A stretch of DNA of 63,936 bases, counting the filler, from Trichomonas gallinae (lineage: Eukaryota), in the NCBI GenBank assembly GCA_008369845.1. It is 5 parts of 5 records of this genome, joined end to end, with 100 filler letters (N's around TTAATTAATTAA, not from the genome) between each part and the next. Parts side by side here need not be neighbours in the genome. Positions count along the whole stretch, not along the records: positions 1 to 18,712 come from MRSU01000825.1; 4 more parts are not named here. The stretch is one strand, 5' to 3'. Positions 1 through 10,640 of this stretch are shown here, in pieces (position 1 is the first letter of the stretch; each line of letters opens with the position of its first letter). The position numbers were made by a program, and so were the translations under genes. The notes beneath the pieces were generated by a model that ran no database searches, was not told the origin of the DNA, and was given only the letters and a program-made list of their open reading frames with translations.

Positions 1-215
1 TAACTTTTGACTCTGACTTTTTCATCAGGAGAAATTTTGGATGATAACATCTTTTCTCCATCTGTTGCATATCTGAGATGATAGATGCTGTATGTAATGC
101 ATAGTTGATTCGTTTGGAACTCATTATTGCATTGTTCTGTGTCATTCCGATAAATTACTTGGTAATCTTGTGCAATAAATCTGTATAAATTATTAATTTC
201 GATTAATAGTTGCAT
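1..215 (-). CDS. Possible 5' fragment of a gene running off the left edge (MQLLIEINNLYRFIAQDYQV...)
   Basis: ATG at 215 on the minus strand, with 71 open codons to the window edge. No recognisable domain. Confidence 0.25.
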   Translation of the reverse strand, partial: MQLLIEINNLYRFIAQDYQVIYRNDTEQCNNEFQTNQLCITYSIYHLRYATDGEKMLSSKISPDEKVRVKS

Positions 216-562
216 GAATACTAAGTTTTATGGATGGATTTCATTCGCATAGTACCAATAATTGATAAGTGTTAACTGGTAGCCAATTTTTTGGTACCTT
301 TATGTAACCTTTCGATTCATGCCCGACTTTTGAAAAGTCATTTAATTAATTTGCATAATTTCTTATGATAATTAACAAAAATGACTTGAATTTAGCTCGT
401 ATTCTTCTTTTGGGACGCGAATTTACAAGAATATAAAAATGAAGAAATTGAAAATCAAATATTTTTAGGTGATTTTTTGCGTACAAGTTTATCATGATAT
501 AACTTATATAAATGTAATGTTTGTTTTGTCTCTTGTTCTAGAGAAGAGATAAATAAACGGCA

Positions 563-1243
563 ATGGACCAGGAAGAGGTCGCCTACATCCAAGGGATCAT
601 GGACGAACTCATCAAGCGCCCGTGCGCGAAGCTATTCATGCAGCCAATGTCACCTGATGACGAAGATGCCCCGAATTACTACATAAAAATACGCAGACCG
701 ATGGATCTCGGAACAATCCAAGGCAAAATTTTAACAAACGACTATAAATCGTTCGCTGAATGGGAGAAAGACCTAAATCTCATATGGACGAACGCTGAAA
801 GGTTCTACGGGAAAAACCACCATATTTCATGTATGGCAAACATACTCAAAGAACATTATAACAAGTATTTAGACAGAGAACTTCCAGGAACTATGAGAGA
901 ATGGATCTCAGAAGTTTCTAAATTGCAGCAAAAATTAGATACAATTGTCAAAAAGGCTCCACAAGAGCTCGCTAAGAACTGGAAGAGAGAAATCAAGCTG
1001 AAGCCATTGCCAGCAATGAAAGTTTCGCAAATTAGAAATCTTGTCAATGCTTCCGCCTTGTTAACAGACAAAGAAGATGCAAGGGCAATGTTTGGAATCA
1101 TACACAACTTGAATCCAGAGATTCAAGCATTTTCCGAGGATGTTACTCTAGATCTCGATAGTCTTAGCACAAAAACTCATTACATGCTACAATGGTATAT
1201 TGCTAAGCGTCTTGAAGAAGATGGCTTACAATATCCGTCGTAA
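563..1243 (+). CDS. Bromodomain protein with C-terminal ET/NET-like domain
   Basis: Bromodomain motifs LFMQPM..APNYYIKIRRPMDLGTI and LIWTNA. The C-terminal 'VTLDLDSLSTKTHYMLQWYI' resembles an ET domain. Confidence 0.9.
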   Translation: MDQEEVAYIQGIMDELIKRPCAKLFMQPMSPDDEDAPNYYIKIRRPMDLGTIQGKILTNDYKSFAEWEKDLNLIWTNAERFYGKNHHISCMANILKEHYNKYLDRELPGTMREWISEVSKLQQKLDTIVKKAPQELAKNWKREIKLKPLPAMKVSQIRNLVNASALLTDKEDARAMFGIIHNLNPEIQAFSEDVTLDLDSLSTKTHYMLQWYIAKRLEEDGLQYPS

Positions 1244-2536
1244 TATTAGTTTTAATAGTATTTTTCATTTTGTTTAATTTAATACATTCATTTTCTGAAT
1301 ACATATAATCTTTAATTCGCTTGTAATCATATTTAAACGTTTCTAAAAGCATTTAAACTACAATTTAGCATTCCTTAACAGCAATTTAATCAACAAAATT
1401 TGAAATTGTTCTTTTTCCAATGATTTTGTTATTGCAATTGATTTGATGCATCATGCTGATTATTCAAAACATAATACAGCACTTATTTTAATTCAACACA
1501 TAATTATTTATAGTTTGCTTATTTGATATGAGACATTGATATGTGTTTGATGAAAGTGTATTTTGAAATATAAGAAAATATATCATGTTAATTGTATTTT
1601 TACTGTGATATCAATTGAAAAATGCTTTTATGAATGATATGAGGTCCATTTTTTGTATTACTTTAAATCATTCATTGTAAAGCAATATAATGCGATTATT
1701 CTTAGTCTAGTTGAATATTACAATGACATATGTTTCTTATTACTTTTATTTGGAGAATTATTACAACGTTTTGCTTCATATTATGTTGGAATCTATCGCA
1801 TAAGATATGAAGAACTCATATCTCTTGAGATATTTGCAATCTAATAAATGCAAAGGAATTTTCAATAAACTCAATTTGAAAAATTATGATATTTGGTAAA
1901 AATGACGGTAAAATAGTTATATATTACTCGGCAATTATCCAAATGCGTGATGCAAATTGATTATATGCTATTTTTCGTTATTTCGTGAAATTATTACGGG
2001 TCAGATTGCGAACATCAAATATATAATTCCTGGTAAAGTACTGAACGTAAATATATGATAAGGAATTGTATATTTTTGACTACCGTTGAAATATTTTTTT
2101 CAAAAACCTCTTTCTTATGAATCCGATCGTTTCCTGTCAAACAGACCATATTATTGATGTATAACAATTTAAGAATGGAATCCTAAAAACAAATTCATAC
2201 CAATCCGACAAAAAAAGTTGATTTTTGACAATGTCTGACGCAAAATTGGACTTGATAGTTGCAAAATATGGAACTACACATGATACAGGACTGAATGAAT
2301 AAATAATCATGATATATTTTTGTATAAATTTCAAATTTTGTGAAAGAGAAAAGAAATGCTTAGATGTTTTAAGATTATTATATTTGAGAGATTTATCTAA
2401 TATACACAAAGTTTGATAAAGATTCTTACAATTTATTTGGTTTTAATTTTCATTTCACTTTTCTGCTTTAATTCAAAAAAATCAATAGAGAAAAATGACT
2501 AAAACATCTAATACAACATTTAGAAAAATAATCTTC

Positions 2537-2880
2537 AATTGATAAAAACGTGACATTAAAGTCTCTCAAAAATGAATTTTTGCATTAAAAATAAATAATG
2601 ATATAACTCATAATAACAAACTTGTTTAAAAACATGACACCACAAAAATGTGACATCAAGATTTCTCATAAAAGGATTTTGCGTTAAAAATTGATTGTAA
2701 ATGATAAACATATTAAAAAATGGCTTGATCTAAAATGTGACATTAGAATATTTCAAAAATATTATTTTGCGTTAAAAATGAAAGATTGTTAATATAACCA
2801 ATAATGGCAGGTTTGTCGAAAAACGTGACAATGTAAAGTAACATCACAAATGTGACAAAAACGTGACAACAATGTAAAGT
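2537..2880 (+). repeat. Degenerate tandem array (about 3 units of 90-100 bp) rich in AAA(C/T)GTGACA, upstream of cytidine deaminase
   Basis: TTTGC(A/G)TTAAAAAT at ~2578, 2677 and 2765. GTGACA at 2550, 2650, 2737, 2825, 2852 and 2863. CAATGTAAAGT occurs twice. Confidence 0.75.
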
Positions 2881-2939
2881 TCACTTCACAAACGATGAAG
2901 CCTTGCATTGAAAATTGAGGGCAGCTACAATTTTGCAAG
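2880..2939 (+). promoter_or_regulatory. Inr (TCACT), then a 7-codon uORF (2895-2918) and a stem-loop (2902-2939) ending at the CDA start codon
   Basis: TCACTTCAC at 2881. ATG AAG CCT TGC ATT GAA AAT TGA. Pairings CTTGC/GCAAG and AAAATTG/CAATTTT. Confidence 0.5.
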
Positions 2940-3359
2940 ATGTCTTACAGGACAAGTGACGAGGATGTTAAGAGGATGTTCGAAGTTGCCCAGACAAAGA
3001 AGGTCAACTCATACTCCCCATACAGCCATTTCAGAGTTTCTGCAGCTCTTCTCTGCAAGGATGGCACAATCGTCAACGGTGTCAACGTCGAGAACTGCTC
3101 ATATCCAAACGGCTGCTGCGCTGAGCGCTCTGCTATCTTCTCTGCTGTCTCCCAGGGCCACAAGGACTTCGTCTCTATCCTCATCACATCTGATATGAAG
3201 GATGACTTCATCTACCCATGCGGTATGTGCCGCCAGGTTATCGCTGAATTCGGCAACCTTGAAGTCATCTCCACAAAGGCTGATGGCACAGAGATCAAGC
3301 GCTACCACATCTCAGACCTTCTTCCAGAAGCCTTCACACCAGCTGATCTTACAAAGTAA
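2940..3359 (+). CDS. CDA: Cytidine deaminase (homotetrameric, zinc-dependent)
   Basis: YSPYSHFRV, GVNVEN.SY, CAERSA and PCGMCRQ zinc motifs, LLPEAF C-terminus. Strong C-ending codon bias. Stop lies within TAAA. Confidence 0.96.
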   Translation: MSYRTSDEDVKRMFEVAQTKKVNSYSPYSHFRVSAALLCKDGTIVNGVNVENCSYPNGCCAERSAIFSAVSQGHKDFVSILITSDMKDDFIYPCGMCRQVIAEFGNLEVISTKADGTEIKRYHISDLLPEAFTPADLTK

Positions 3360-3741
3360 ATCCTAGTTTTATTCAATTCAGGCTTTTTTTCAGGACCATC
3401 AATTATTCCTTATTATTCCCACCCGTTTTAAAGCTTTCCAATTACAATCAATGCTCAATTCAGCCCATCAGAAGCAAGCTTTGCCATCTGTCAATGTTTT
3501 TACATGAAAAATTATTCGATTTTCAATTTAAATCTCGATTTAACAACTCGTTAACAGCAGGATCAATTTTTTAGATATATAGATAGAATATTCCAGCTGT
3601 TGTAAGACTTTTTAAGCAATTTTAATAAAAATTTGAAATGTATAAGAAATTAGAAGCCATTATCACTGCTATGAACTTACTATCCAAATTCTATTGAAAT
3701 AGTTTATGCTTTTTCTAACAAAAATAAAATCATATTAAAAT

Positions 3742-4821
3742 TTACATTAAAACCAAAACCAAAATAAATATTGCGAATACAACAATCTTGGAAATAAGGC
3801 GGATAGATATGGCAAAGCCTTTTTCTGGCCAGTTCCTCGCGCAGAAAGCGACGACCAAAGTTATCGACAAAAGAATAATGAATATCTTGTAGATAATCTT
3901 GATCTTTGCAAGCTTGCTATTAGCGGCATTCTGTTCTTCAGCTTCATCCTCATTAGTTTCAGCGACATCTGCACCAAGGGCCTTAGAAAGGTCTTTGTTG
4001 AACTGAACATAGAGGCCCTTGACAGCTGTGATTGTCTGGCTTTCGACGATGGACTTAACGAAAGGCTCAGAGGACCATACGATTTCCATAGAAACCGTCA
4101 TCTCAGTAGATTCTCCCTTATCCATGAAAACGATTTGAACAAATGGATCGAAGCAGTCAGCATATGGTGTTTTACCTAAATCACTCAATACGTGGATGCC
4201 AAATCCGCCTTCGAGCTCGAAAAAGCGCTGATATTCAATGACATGAATCAAGTTCTTACCAATAACAGGAACAACGACTAATTTCAAGTAATCCATGTTT
4301 CTTTCGCGATATCCATTTTGCTGTTCCCATTCTGTAACCTTTACATCCTCATTTCCTGATGCAATGTAAAGATCTCTGAATATATCAGGAGCTTCGATGA
4401 TAGATCTGACATTAGCAAGGCTAGCTGGTATAACAGAGTTTACCAAAATCACAGGGTTTGATAGTGGCTGCCATTTTATTTCTTCAGATTTAGGAGCTTC
4501 ATTGATTAAACCGAATGAGTAAGTTGCCTTCTGCAATTGAGCTTGAAGAAGTTGAATGTAATTATTTACATGATCGGCTTCATGGATACCTGAGAACAAA
4601 TACGATGTTTCTTCAGTGCTAAGCTCTAAGTTACTGACAGCACCAACTAAATGCTTTTCTACGTTGATAGATTTAATATCGCTTAAATTTATGTTAAGTT
4701 TTCGTTCTTCTCCGGAATATGCAAACTGTACCATATTCTTATACAGAAATAGCGTGCCATGGTGTGAGACTTTCTTCACCAAGAAGCAGCTATATCCAGT
4801 TAATCGATCATTCTCAGACAT
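3742..4821 (-). CDS. GRAM + VASt (StART-like) domain protein with C-terminal TM helices; LAM/GRAMD1-like sterol transfer protein
   Basis: N-terminal GRAM-like 'YSCFL...HGTLFL...YLFSG', VASt-like 'TPYADCF' and 'PFVKSIVE', two hydrophobic C-terminal segments. Confidence 0.78.
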   Translation of the reverse strand: MSENDRLTGYSCFLVKKVSHHGTLFLYKNMVQFAYSGEERKLNINLSDIKSINVEKHLVGAVSNLELSTEETSYLFSGIHEADHVNNYIQLLQAQLQKATYSFGLINEAPKSEEIKWQPLSNPVILVNSVIPASLANVRSIIEAPDIFRDLYIASGNEDVKVTEWEQQNGYRERNMDYLKLVVVPVIGKNLIHVIEYQRFFELEGGFGIHVLSDLGKTPYADCFDPFVQIVFMDKGESTEMTVSMEIVWSSEPFVKSIVESQTITAVKGLYVQFNKDLSKALGADVAETNEDEAEEQNAANSKLAKIKIIYKIFIILLSITLVVAFCARNWPEKGFAISIRLISKIVVFAIFILVLVLM

Positions 4822-5484
4822 TTTATATTTTTTTCTGTCAAAATGATCGCAAACAACAAATTATTTTTCGGCCGGAATTGGAAAATATAGATTTATTTGA
4901 TATTCTAAACATATATTTGTCATAAAAATAGTTTTAAACATTTTTGTCACGTAAATATATTTTACATTTTGAATTTTTGATAAAAATTTCGTGTTTTACG
5001 GGCGTAAAAGCAATGCAGCAAATTCATTATAAACCTTATCAATGATAATATCTAAAATCAATATGTTTAAAAAGGTAGCCTGTTTATGTGCACACAGGCG
5101 ACTATATAGTTTCCACACGCTTTTTGAAATTCAATTTAGAAAAGATGATAACTATAACTTTCAGACAAATAACTATTGAAGTATTGAAGGCAATTTATTT
5201 GAACTTCCAATAACTATACATACTAATTGATGTTCAAAAATGAATTAGATTTTGATTTGTTTTCTTTTCCAAAAAGCTAGCAACACATAGCAGGATACAG
5301 ATGAAGAAATACATAATGCAAGTTTAAATAATAGTATATATAATACACTACATGGGATACATATTAGGATTCATCAGCCTCCTGTATTTTACCCAATAAA
5401 GATCGAAATATTGCCTGGTGATTTTTTGCCAAAATTATAGAATTTAGAAATTTTTGACATTTTACATGCCATATTTCAGATTTT

Positions 5485-6270
5485 ATGAAAGTTAAAACTT
5501 GGCATTTCGTACTTTTCATTCACATTGTTTTTTATTGCTGCGCGTTTCTAACAGACACGAAAGTATACAATGCAATGAAGAAGCATCATTATTCGCTGTT
5601 TATTTATTATACGATTTTAATAATCCTATTGACAGCATTCATTTTAGCAACATCATTATCAAATATAACTATCAAGAACGATGAATCTACTCTCAACAAT
5701 AACGAAGAGCTATGGTTTTGCCAAGCTTGTAATCATTATTGTCCAATAAGAGCTTCGCATTGCAAAATATGCAAAAAATGCGTATTAAGAAAGGATCATC
5801 ATTGTTCTTTTCTTGGTGTTTGCATTGGAATGCATAATAATTTATTTTTTATCATATTTTTGATTTTAACAACAGTTTTCGATATTACAAACATGATAGT
5901 TTTCAGTGGATCAATCCATGATGATCAAACAATGGATGAATGGATCAAAACATCATTTTTCGGAAGTATTGGGTTTTATGGAAGTATTATATCAATTATA
6001 CAACCAGCTTTATTACTACCTTTTCATTTATTCTTCATTGTAATGAATATAACAACTTGGGAATTTATAAAAGGAAAATCAATTACATATATGAGAGAAT
6101 GGAACTTATCAGGTAGCCCATTTAGTCATGGCATAATTAATAATATAAAAGAATTTTGCATGATGAGATGGACTCTTCCAGTATATAGGATACCTACAAC
6201 AGAAGAAGAAATTGAACAATGGAAAGAGAATAACTCATGCTGCTACAATGATAGCTACAATTGCTGTTAA
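5485..6270 (+). CDS. DHHC palmitoyltransferase
   Basis: CQAC..CPIRASHCKICKKCVLRKDHHCSFLGVCIGMHN, TTWE motif, four TM segments. Confidence 0.95.
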   Translation: MKVKTWHFVLFIHIVFYCCAFLTDTKVYNAMKKHHYSLFIYYTILIILLTAFILATSLSNITIKNDESTLNNNEELWFCQACNHYCPIRASHCKICKKCVLRKDHHCSFLGVCIGMHNNLFFIIFLILTTVFDITNMIVFSGSIHDDQTMDEWIKTSFFGSIGFYGSIISIIQPALLLPFHLFFIVMNITTWEFIKGKSITYMREWNLSGSPFSHGIINNIKEFCMMRWTLPVYRIPTTEEEIEQWKENNSCCYNDSYNCC

Positions 6271-6555
6271 TACTCGAATTTTATTTTATTAATTTAGCAT
6301 TTCAGTATTATATACTATAGAGAACTCGTGTTTCATTTTATTTGTTGAATTGAAATGCATACGGTTTTATAAATGTTTGTTTTTATTTAAAATTTTTTAA
6401 AATATTGATTCTGATCGTATCATTTGAGAATATGTAATACTTTAAGTTAGTTTTATTTAATTCTATACAAACAGGGGAATATAAAAAGATATTAGATATC
6501 AAATTAATAAATTAGACTATTACGTAATGTGTATTGGTTATTTTTGGCTGTACAA

Positions 6556-6855
6556 TTATAGGAAGAAAGAAAGACACATGGTGAAGAATAGTGTTGTTGA
6601 GCAGAATATAGTAAGTCCGAAAGATATGCTGCTAAGCGACTTGAAATCAGACCAGAAGGTAACAAAATAAAAGAATATGCTTAATAGTCCTAGAATCCAT
6701 TGCAATGCTCTAAAGGCAGACCAACTTTCGAAAAATTGGAAAACGAGAAAAGATGTAACAATGGCAGCAACGAGAATACCTATGAATATATTGTTGTTAG
6801 CATTGATGTGACTTTTGTTCTGATTGATTCCTTCTATTTCAACATCATCAAGCAT
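6556..6855 (-). CDS. Small 3-TM membrane protein, unknown function
   Basis: ATG at 6855, three hydrophobic segments, divergent from the NASP gene. Confidence 0.6.
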   Translation of the reverse strand: MLDDVEIEGINQNKSHINANNNIFIGILVAAIVTSFLVFQFFESWSAFRALQWILGLLSIFFYFVTFWSDFKSLSSISFGLTIFCSTTLFFTMCLSFFL

Positions 6856-7015
6856 TATTAAAATTTGATACGATAATTTTAAATTCAATCTTGATTTTAT
6901 AAAATTTTATGACATTTGGCACTTTACAATATATAAATTGTCACTTTACATTTTTATTTTGTCTTTACATGACAATTTATGGAATCCAAAAAAAGACGTT
7001 AAGGCCAAACTAAAA

Positions 7016-7636
7016 ATGGCTGAAGATAACATTTCTGCTTTACGTTCGCAAGCTCAAAATGAACGTAAAGCGAAGAACTACAAGAGAGCTGTCGATTTAT
7101 ATGATGAATTATTAAAGATGGCTTATCATGATGGAGATGAGATTTCAGAAACAATTTGCAGAGATTTTATTCACTATGCAGAGTGTCTTCTTTATAGCCA
7201 GCCTCGTGGTGTTCCTCCAGATGAGGAAGATCTTGAAATTGCTTGGGATTGTCTTGAAAATGCAAGAGTTGGATACGAAAAAATGCAAGATGATGAAAAG
7301 AAGTTCATAGGATTGATTGATGTACATGATTTACTTGGAGAAATCACACTTGCAAACCATAATTACGATGAAGCACAAAATCAATTCAAACAATCTTCTG
7401 AAATCGGTATCGCACACCCAGAACTTTCATGGAGACTCCCTCTCAACTCATTATACTACAGATGCAACGCATTGATCTATAGCAGAAAACTTAGCGAAGC
7501 TTATCCAATTATTATGCAAACAATAGAATTCATCGAAACACAGCTCAACAAGGACCTTCCAGAAGCTGATAAGGCAGATTTGAAGGACTTCAAGGCAGAA
7601 CTCACCATGAAAGCAGACAAAATCAAAGGAAAATAA
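7016..7636 (+). CDS. NASP/Sim3/Hif1-like SHNi-TPR histone chaperone
   Basis: 'DLEIAWDCLENAR..Y' and 'DVHDLLGEITLANHNYDEA' match the SHNi-TPR signature. ATG at 7016 follows an A-run. Confidence 0.82.
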   Translation: MAEDNISALRSQAQNERKAKNYKRAVDLYDELLKMAYHDGDEISETICRDFIHYAECLLYSQPRGVPPDEEDLEIAWDCLENARVGYEKMQDDEKKFIGLIDVHDLLGEITLANHNYDEAQNQFKQSSEIGIAHPELSWRLPLNSLYYRCNALIYSRKLSEAYPIIMQTIEFIETQLNKDLPEADKADLKDFKAELTMKADKIKGK

Positions 7637-7772
7637 AAATTTAATTTTAGAAAATATAATTAGAACGCTTCTTATCCAATGCATAACACTAAAAATTCAA
7701 AAATATTCTAATTTTAAAGTGATGAACATTATTATCAATTACTTCTCTCTGATTGCAAATGACATGGAATCT

Positions 7773-8078
7773 TTATAATTTTCTGTTCAATCTACCTAAT
7801 GACTTGATAAATTCAACAAACTTCTTAGAATCGAATTTACCTTCGCCAAAGTCAGTAAAAATATGACGGACAGCCTTGAATCTGTCTGGAACTTTGTATT
7901 TAGACTGAACTTGGTCGAGAATGTAGAGCGAATCGTCGACGTTAAGAGTAATGTACTTCAAACACTCAGACAGCTGGTCCTGGTCGAGGATTTCGATGAT
8001 TGTATCGTTTTTGATCATATCTGGGATGGACTGGGCACTGACAAATGGGTTTTGGAAAAAATGAAAAAATGCTGGCAA
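7773..8078 (-). pseudogene. Probable gene remnant, loosely like the N-terminal helical region of trichomonad ankyrin-repeat proteins
   Basis: Coding-like codon usage over ~100 codons, no convincing start context, early stop. Confidence 0.3.
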
Positions 8079-8477
8079 AAATTTTTAAAAATCATTAAAA
8101 TTGGTATGGTATATAGTTTTCTATAACTGTATTATGCCGTTTGGCAGCCAAAAACGTCATTTCAAAAATCAAAAAAACTCGGGAGAACTTTCATTCAGAC
8201 AAAGTTCCCATTTCGAGGGAGAAAGAATTCTCGATAGATCTAAGGTATAGTATAAAAGTGATATTATCACATATATTACTTATAGATAGTGATTCGTATT
8301 TTTAATAAAAAAGATTATTCGTAATAAAATACATATCTTATTTTCGCATTTCCTTCATAGCAAAATCTTCTATTTTACAATAATACCTCAATATCCATTT
8401 GAAAATTTATGAAAAAAAAAAGCAGTGTAGAAATATAGAATATTGTAAATTATTTACATGACAAAATACCAAAAAAC

Positions 8478-8966
8478 ATGGGACAGTCGCAAAGCAATGA
8501 ACTAGATGGAATTGGTGGACAGCCAAACATTCCTGTTGCACTTAACGAAAATGATGAAGAAGCTTATAAGAAAGCCCCGGAAGTTTTGGCTCAACTTCAA
8601 GCAGAAAATCTTTATTGGAAGACAAGGTCAGAAGATATGATAAAAGGATTTACTAGACACATGATTATAGATGCCCCGGTTGAAAAATTACTGTTAGAAC
8701 TTGCTTCTGATATTTCAGAAACGAATTTCAACAAAATTAACATGGATATGGAAGAAAATTCAAAGAAATACAGCACAATAATCGAAAATATCAAAGCAAG
8801 CAAGCCATACACAATATTAAACGATATTGATAATATTACCAAACAATTAGCAACAGAAAACAAACAATTGCTTAAAGAATACGAAGACCTTAAAGTTAAA
8901 AACAGAAAGCTTAAAGAAGAATATGAAGATTTAGTTTCAAAAATTCCTGTTTTTTCTTCATATTAA
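8478..8966 (+). CDS. Coiled-coil protein with N-myristoylation motif
   Basis: MGQSQS (MGxxxS). Heptad-rich C-terminus with LKEYEDL/LKEEYEDL. Confidence 0.8.
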   Translation: MGQSQSNELDGIGGQPNIPVALNENDEEAYKKAPEVLAQLQAENLYWKTRSEDMIKGFTRHMIIDAPVEKLLLELASDISETNFNKINMDMEENSKKYSTIIENIKASKPYTILNDIDNITKQLATENKQLLKEYEDLKVKNRKLKEEYEDLVSKIPVFSSY

Positions 8967-9521
8967 CTGAATTTTGCTTTTACGTCTGCAAATTATAACT
9001 ACATATAAAACTACGGATTCAACTACGGATTTCAGGAAATTTGCATTGCATTTTTCAGAAAAATATTTAATCCACGATTTTTTATTTACAAATTGCATCA
9101 AGGTTCACCATACAAAGATTAATGTTAAATACGAACAAAATACAATGTTTTTTTTCCTTTCATTCAAAAAGATTTTCGATTATTCAATCCATCTTAAATT
9201 CACAAAAACTGTTATAGTACGATTAATACACTTGTTTGATATTTTAAACATTAAAATTTCAATTCATATTATTGTTGATTTATCATTTTTAGAATTATTA
9301 CATCTTGTATCCTACCAAAGCTGTATCTTGACATAAATTATTGTAAAAATCTATGAAAATTTGACAAAGAATAAATATATTTTTGTGTTTCATATAAATG
9401 GAAAGGACATGTTATGAATGATATGTGTTATAATTCGTTTGAGATAGGTTTGAGGGTGTTAATAGCAGTATTTATTTAGAGAATGATATTTTGACAAAGC
9501 AGTTTTACATGGCAAAGATAA

Positions 9522-10640
9522 ATGGATGAAGAAACGGAAGTATCTGATTTCCTGCAAAAACGCAGAGAATTTGAACTCACTGAAACTACGATGCTTCAAG
9601 ATGAAGAAATTGCGCGATTGAGAACTAATCTAAGTGATTTAAATTATTCCATTTTAAAAAAACAAAAATCTACAGGAAAGCTCAACAAATTACGAAGCAA
9701 GAAGCAGTCGTTGCTCGATGAAATTAAGAGCGTTTTATCAAATACACAGACAGAAATTTCAAATTTAACTAATTCTCATTTAGTTGAAATGAATGACACA
9801 AAACTATCATATTCTCAGAATTCAACTCTTTTAACCAACGAATATGTTGAGAAAGAAACAAAACTACAAGATAATATCGATTTAACGAATTTAAACGAGG
9901 TTGAAAAGCTTGAAAAAATGCGAGCAGCTGTTGCACATGTACTTAAAGAACAAGAGCAACTGATTGAAGAACATAAAGCTATTGAAATGTCTAAATATAC
10001 AGAATTAGCACTTCAATTACGAGATAAAGCACTAGAACTCCAAGAAAAGATTATAAAAGCAAAAGAAAAACTAAATTCTACCAAAATTAAAGTCAAAAAA
10101 CAATTAAATTCAACGTTTCAGGATTTAACATCCAGAGAATCATTGTTAGAGACAACAATAATATCATACAACGACAGTATTAACGATACAGAAAACGAGC
10201 ACAAAAGAGAAATCAAAATATTAAAGAAACAACACAATGATGAGATTGAATCATTGAAACAAAAGATAGAAGAACAAACTCATATTATAGAAAGTATCAG
10301 AGTCAAAATGTCACAATCAATAGCAACACTTACTGAAGTCAGCAGCACTTATTCTGCATTAAAAGATGAAAAAACGGAATTAGAAACAGAAAGTTCATCA
10401 ATTTTGCTTAATGTTTCGAAACCACTCGAAAACGAGATAGAAAAGAATAGTGATGCTAGTGATAAGATCAAAAGACTGAACCAAATTAGTAGTAAACTTA
10501 AGAAAGAAAATGAGACATTAATGAAGGAAATTCAACGTTTGGATTTCCTTATATATGGAAGAAACGGAAAATACTACACAGGTGATCCAGAACCTCTACA
10601 TAAGAAACCATTCATTCCTTATGGAATTTATGCGAAATAA
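9522..10640 (+). CDS. Long coiled-coil hypothetical protein
   Basis: 372-aa ORF rich in E/K/L, conserved-looking tail RLDFLIYGRNGKY, stop within TAAA. Confidence 0.82.
   Translation: MDEETEVSDFLQKRREFELTETTMLQDEEIARLRTNLSDLNYSILKKQKSTGKLNKLRSKKQSLLDEIKSVLSNTQTEISNLTNSHLVEMNDTKLSYSQNSTLLTNEYVEKETKLQDNIDLTNLNEVEKLEKMRAAVAHVLKEQEQLIEEHKAIEMSKYTELALQLRDKALELQEKIIKAKEKLNSTKIKVKKQLNSTFQDLTSRESLLETTIISYNDSINDTENEHKREIKILKKQHNDEIESLKQKIEEQTHIIESIRVKMSQSIATLTEVSSTYSALKDEKTELETESSSILLNVSKPLENEIEKNSDASDKIKRLNQISSKLKKENETLMKEIQRLDFLIYGRNGKYYTGDPEPLHKKPFIPYGIYAK

Noticed and set aside
2895..2939. Intron or selenocysteine explanation for the in-frame TGA upstream of CDA
   Set aside because: No GT donor and no trichomonad ACTAACACACAG-type 3' motif; no SECIS recognised downstream. 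CDA is complete from 2940.
2940..3359. Cytidine deaminase as the cause of G-to-A changes in the PFK pseudogene
   Set aside because: It is a free-nucleoside tetrameric CDA (CAE/PCxxC), not an APOBEC/AID-type polynucleotide deaminase, and it lies on another contig.
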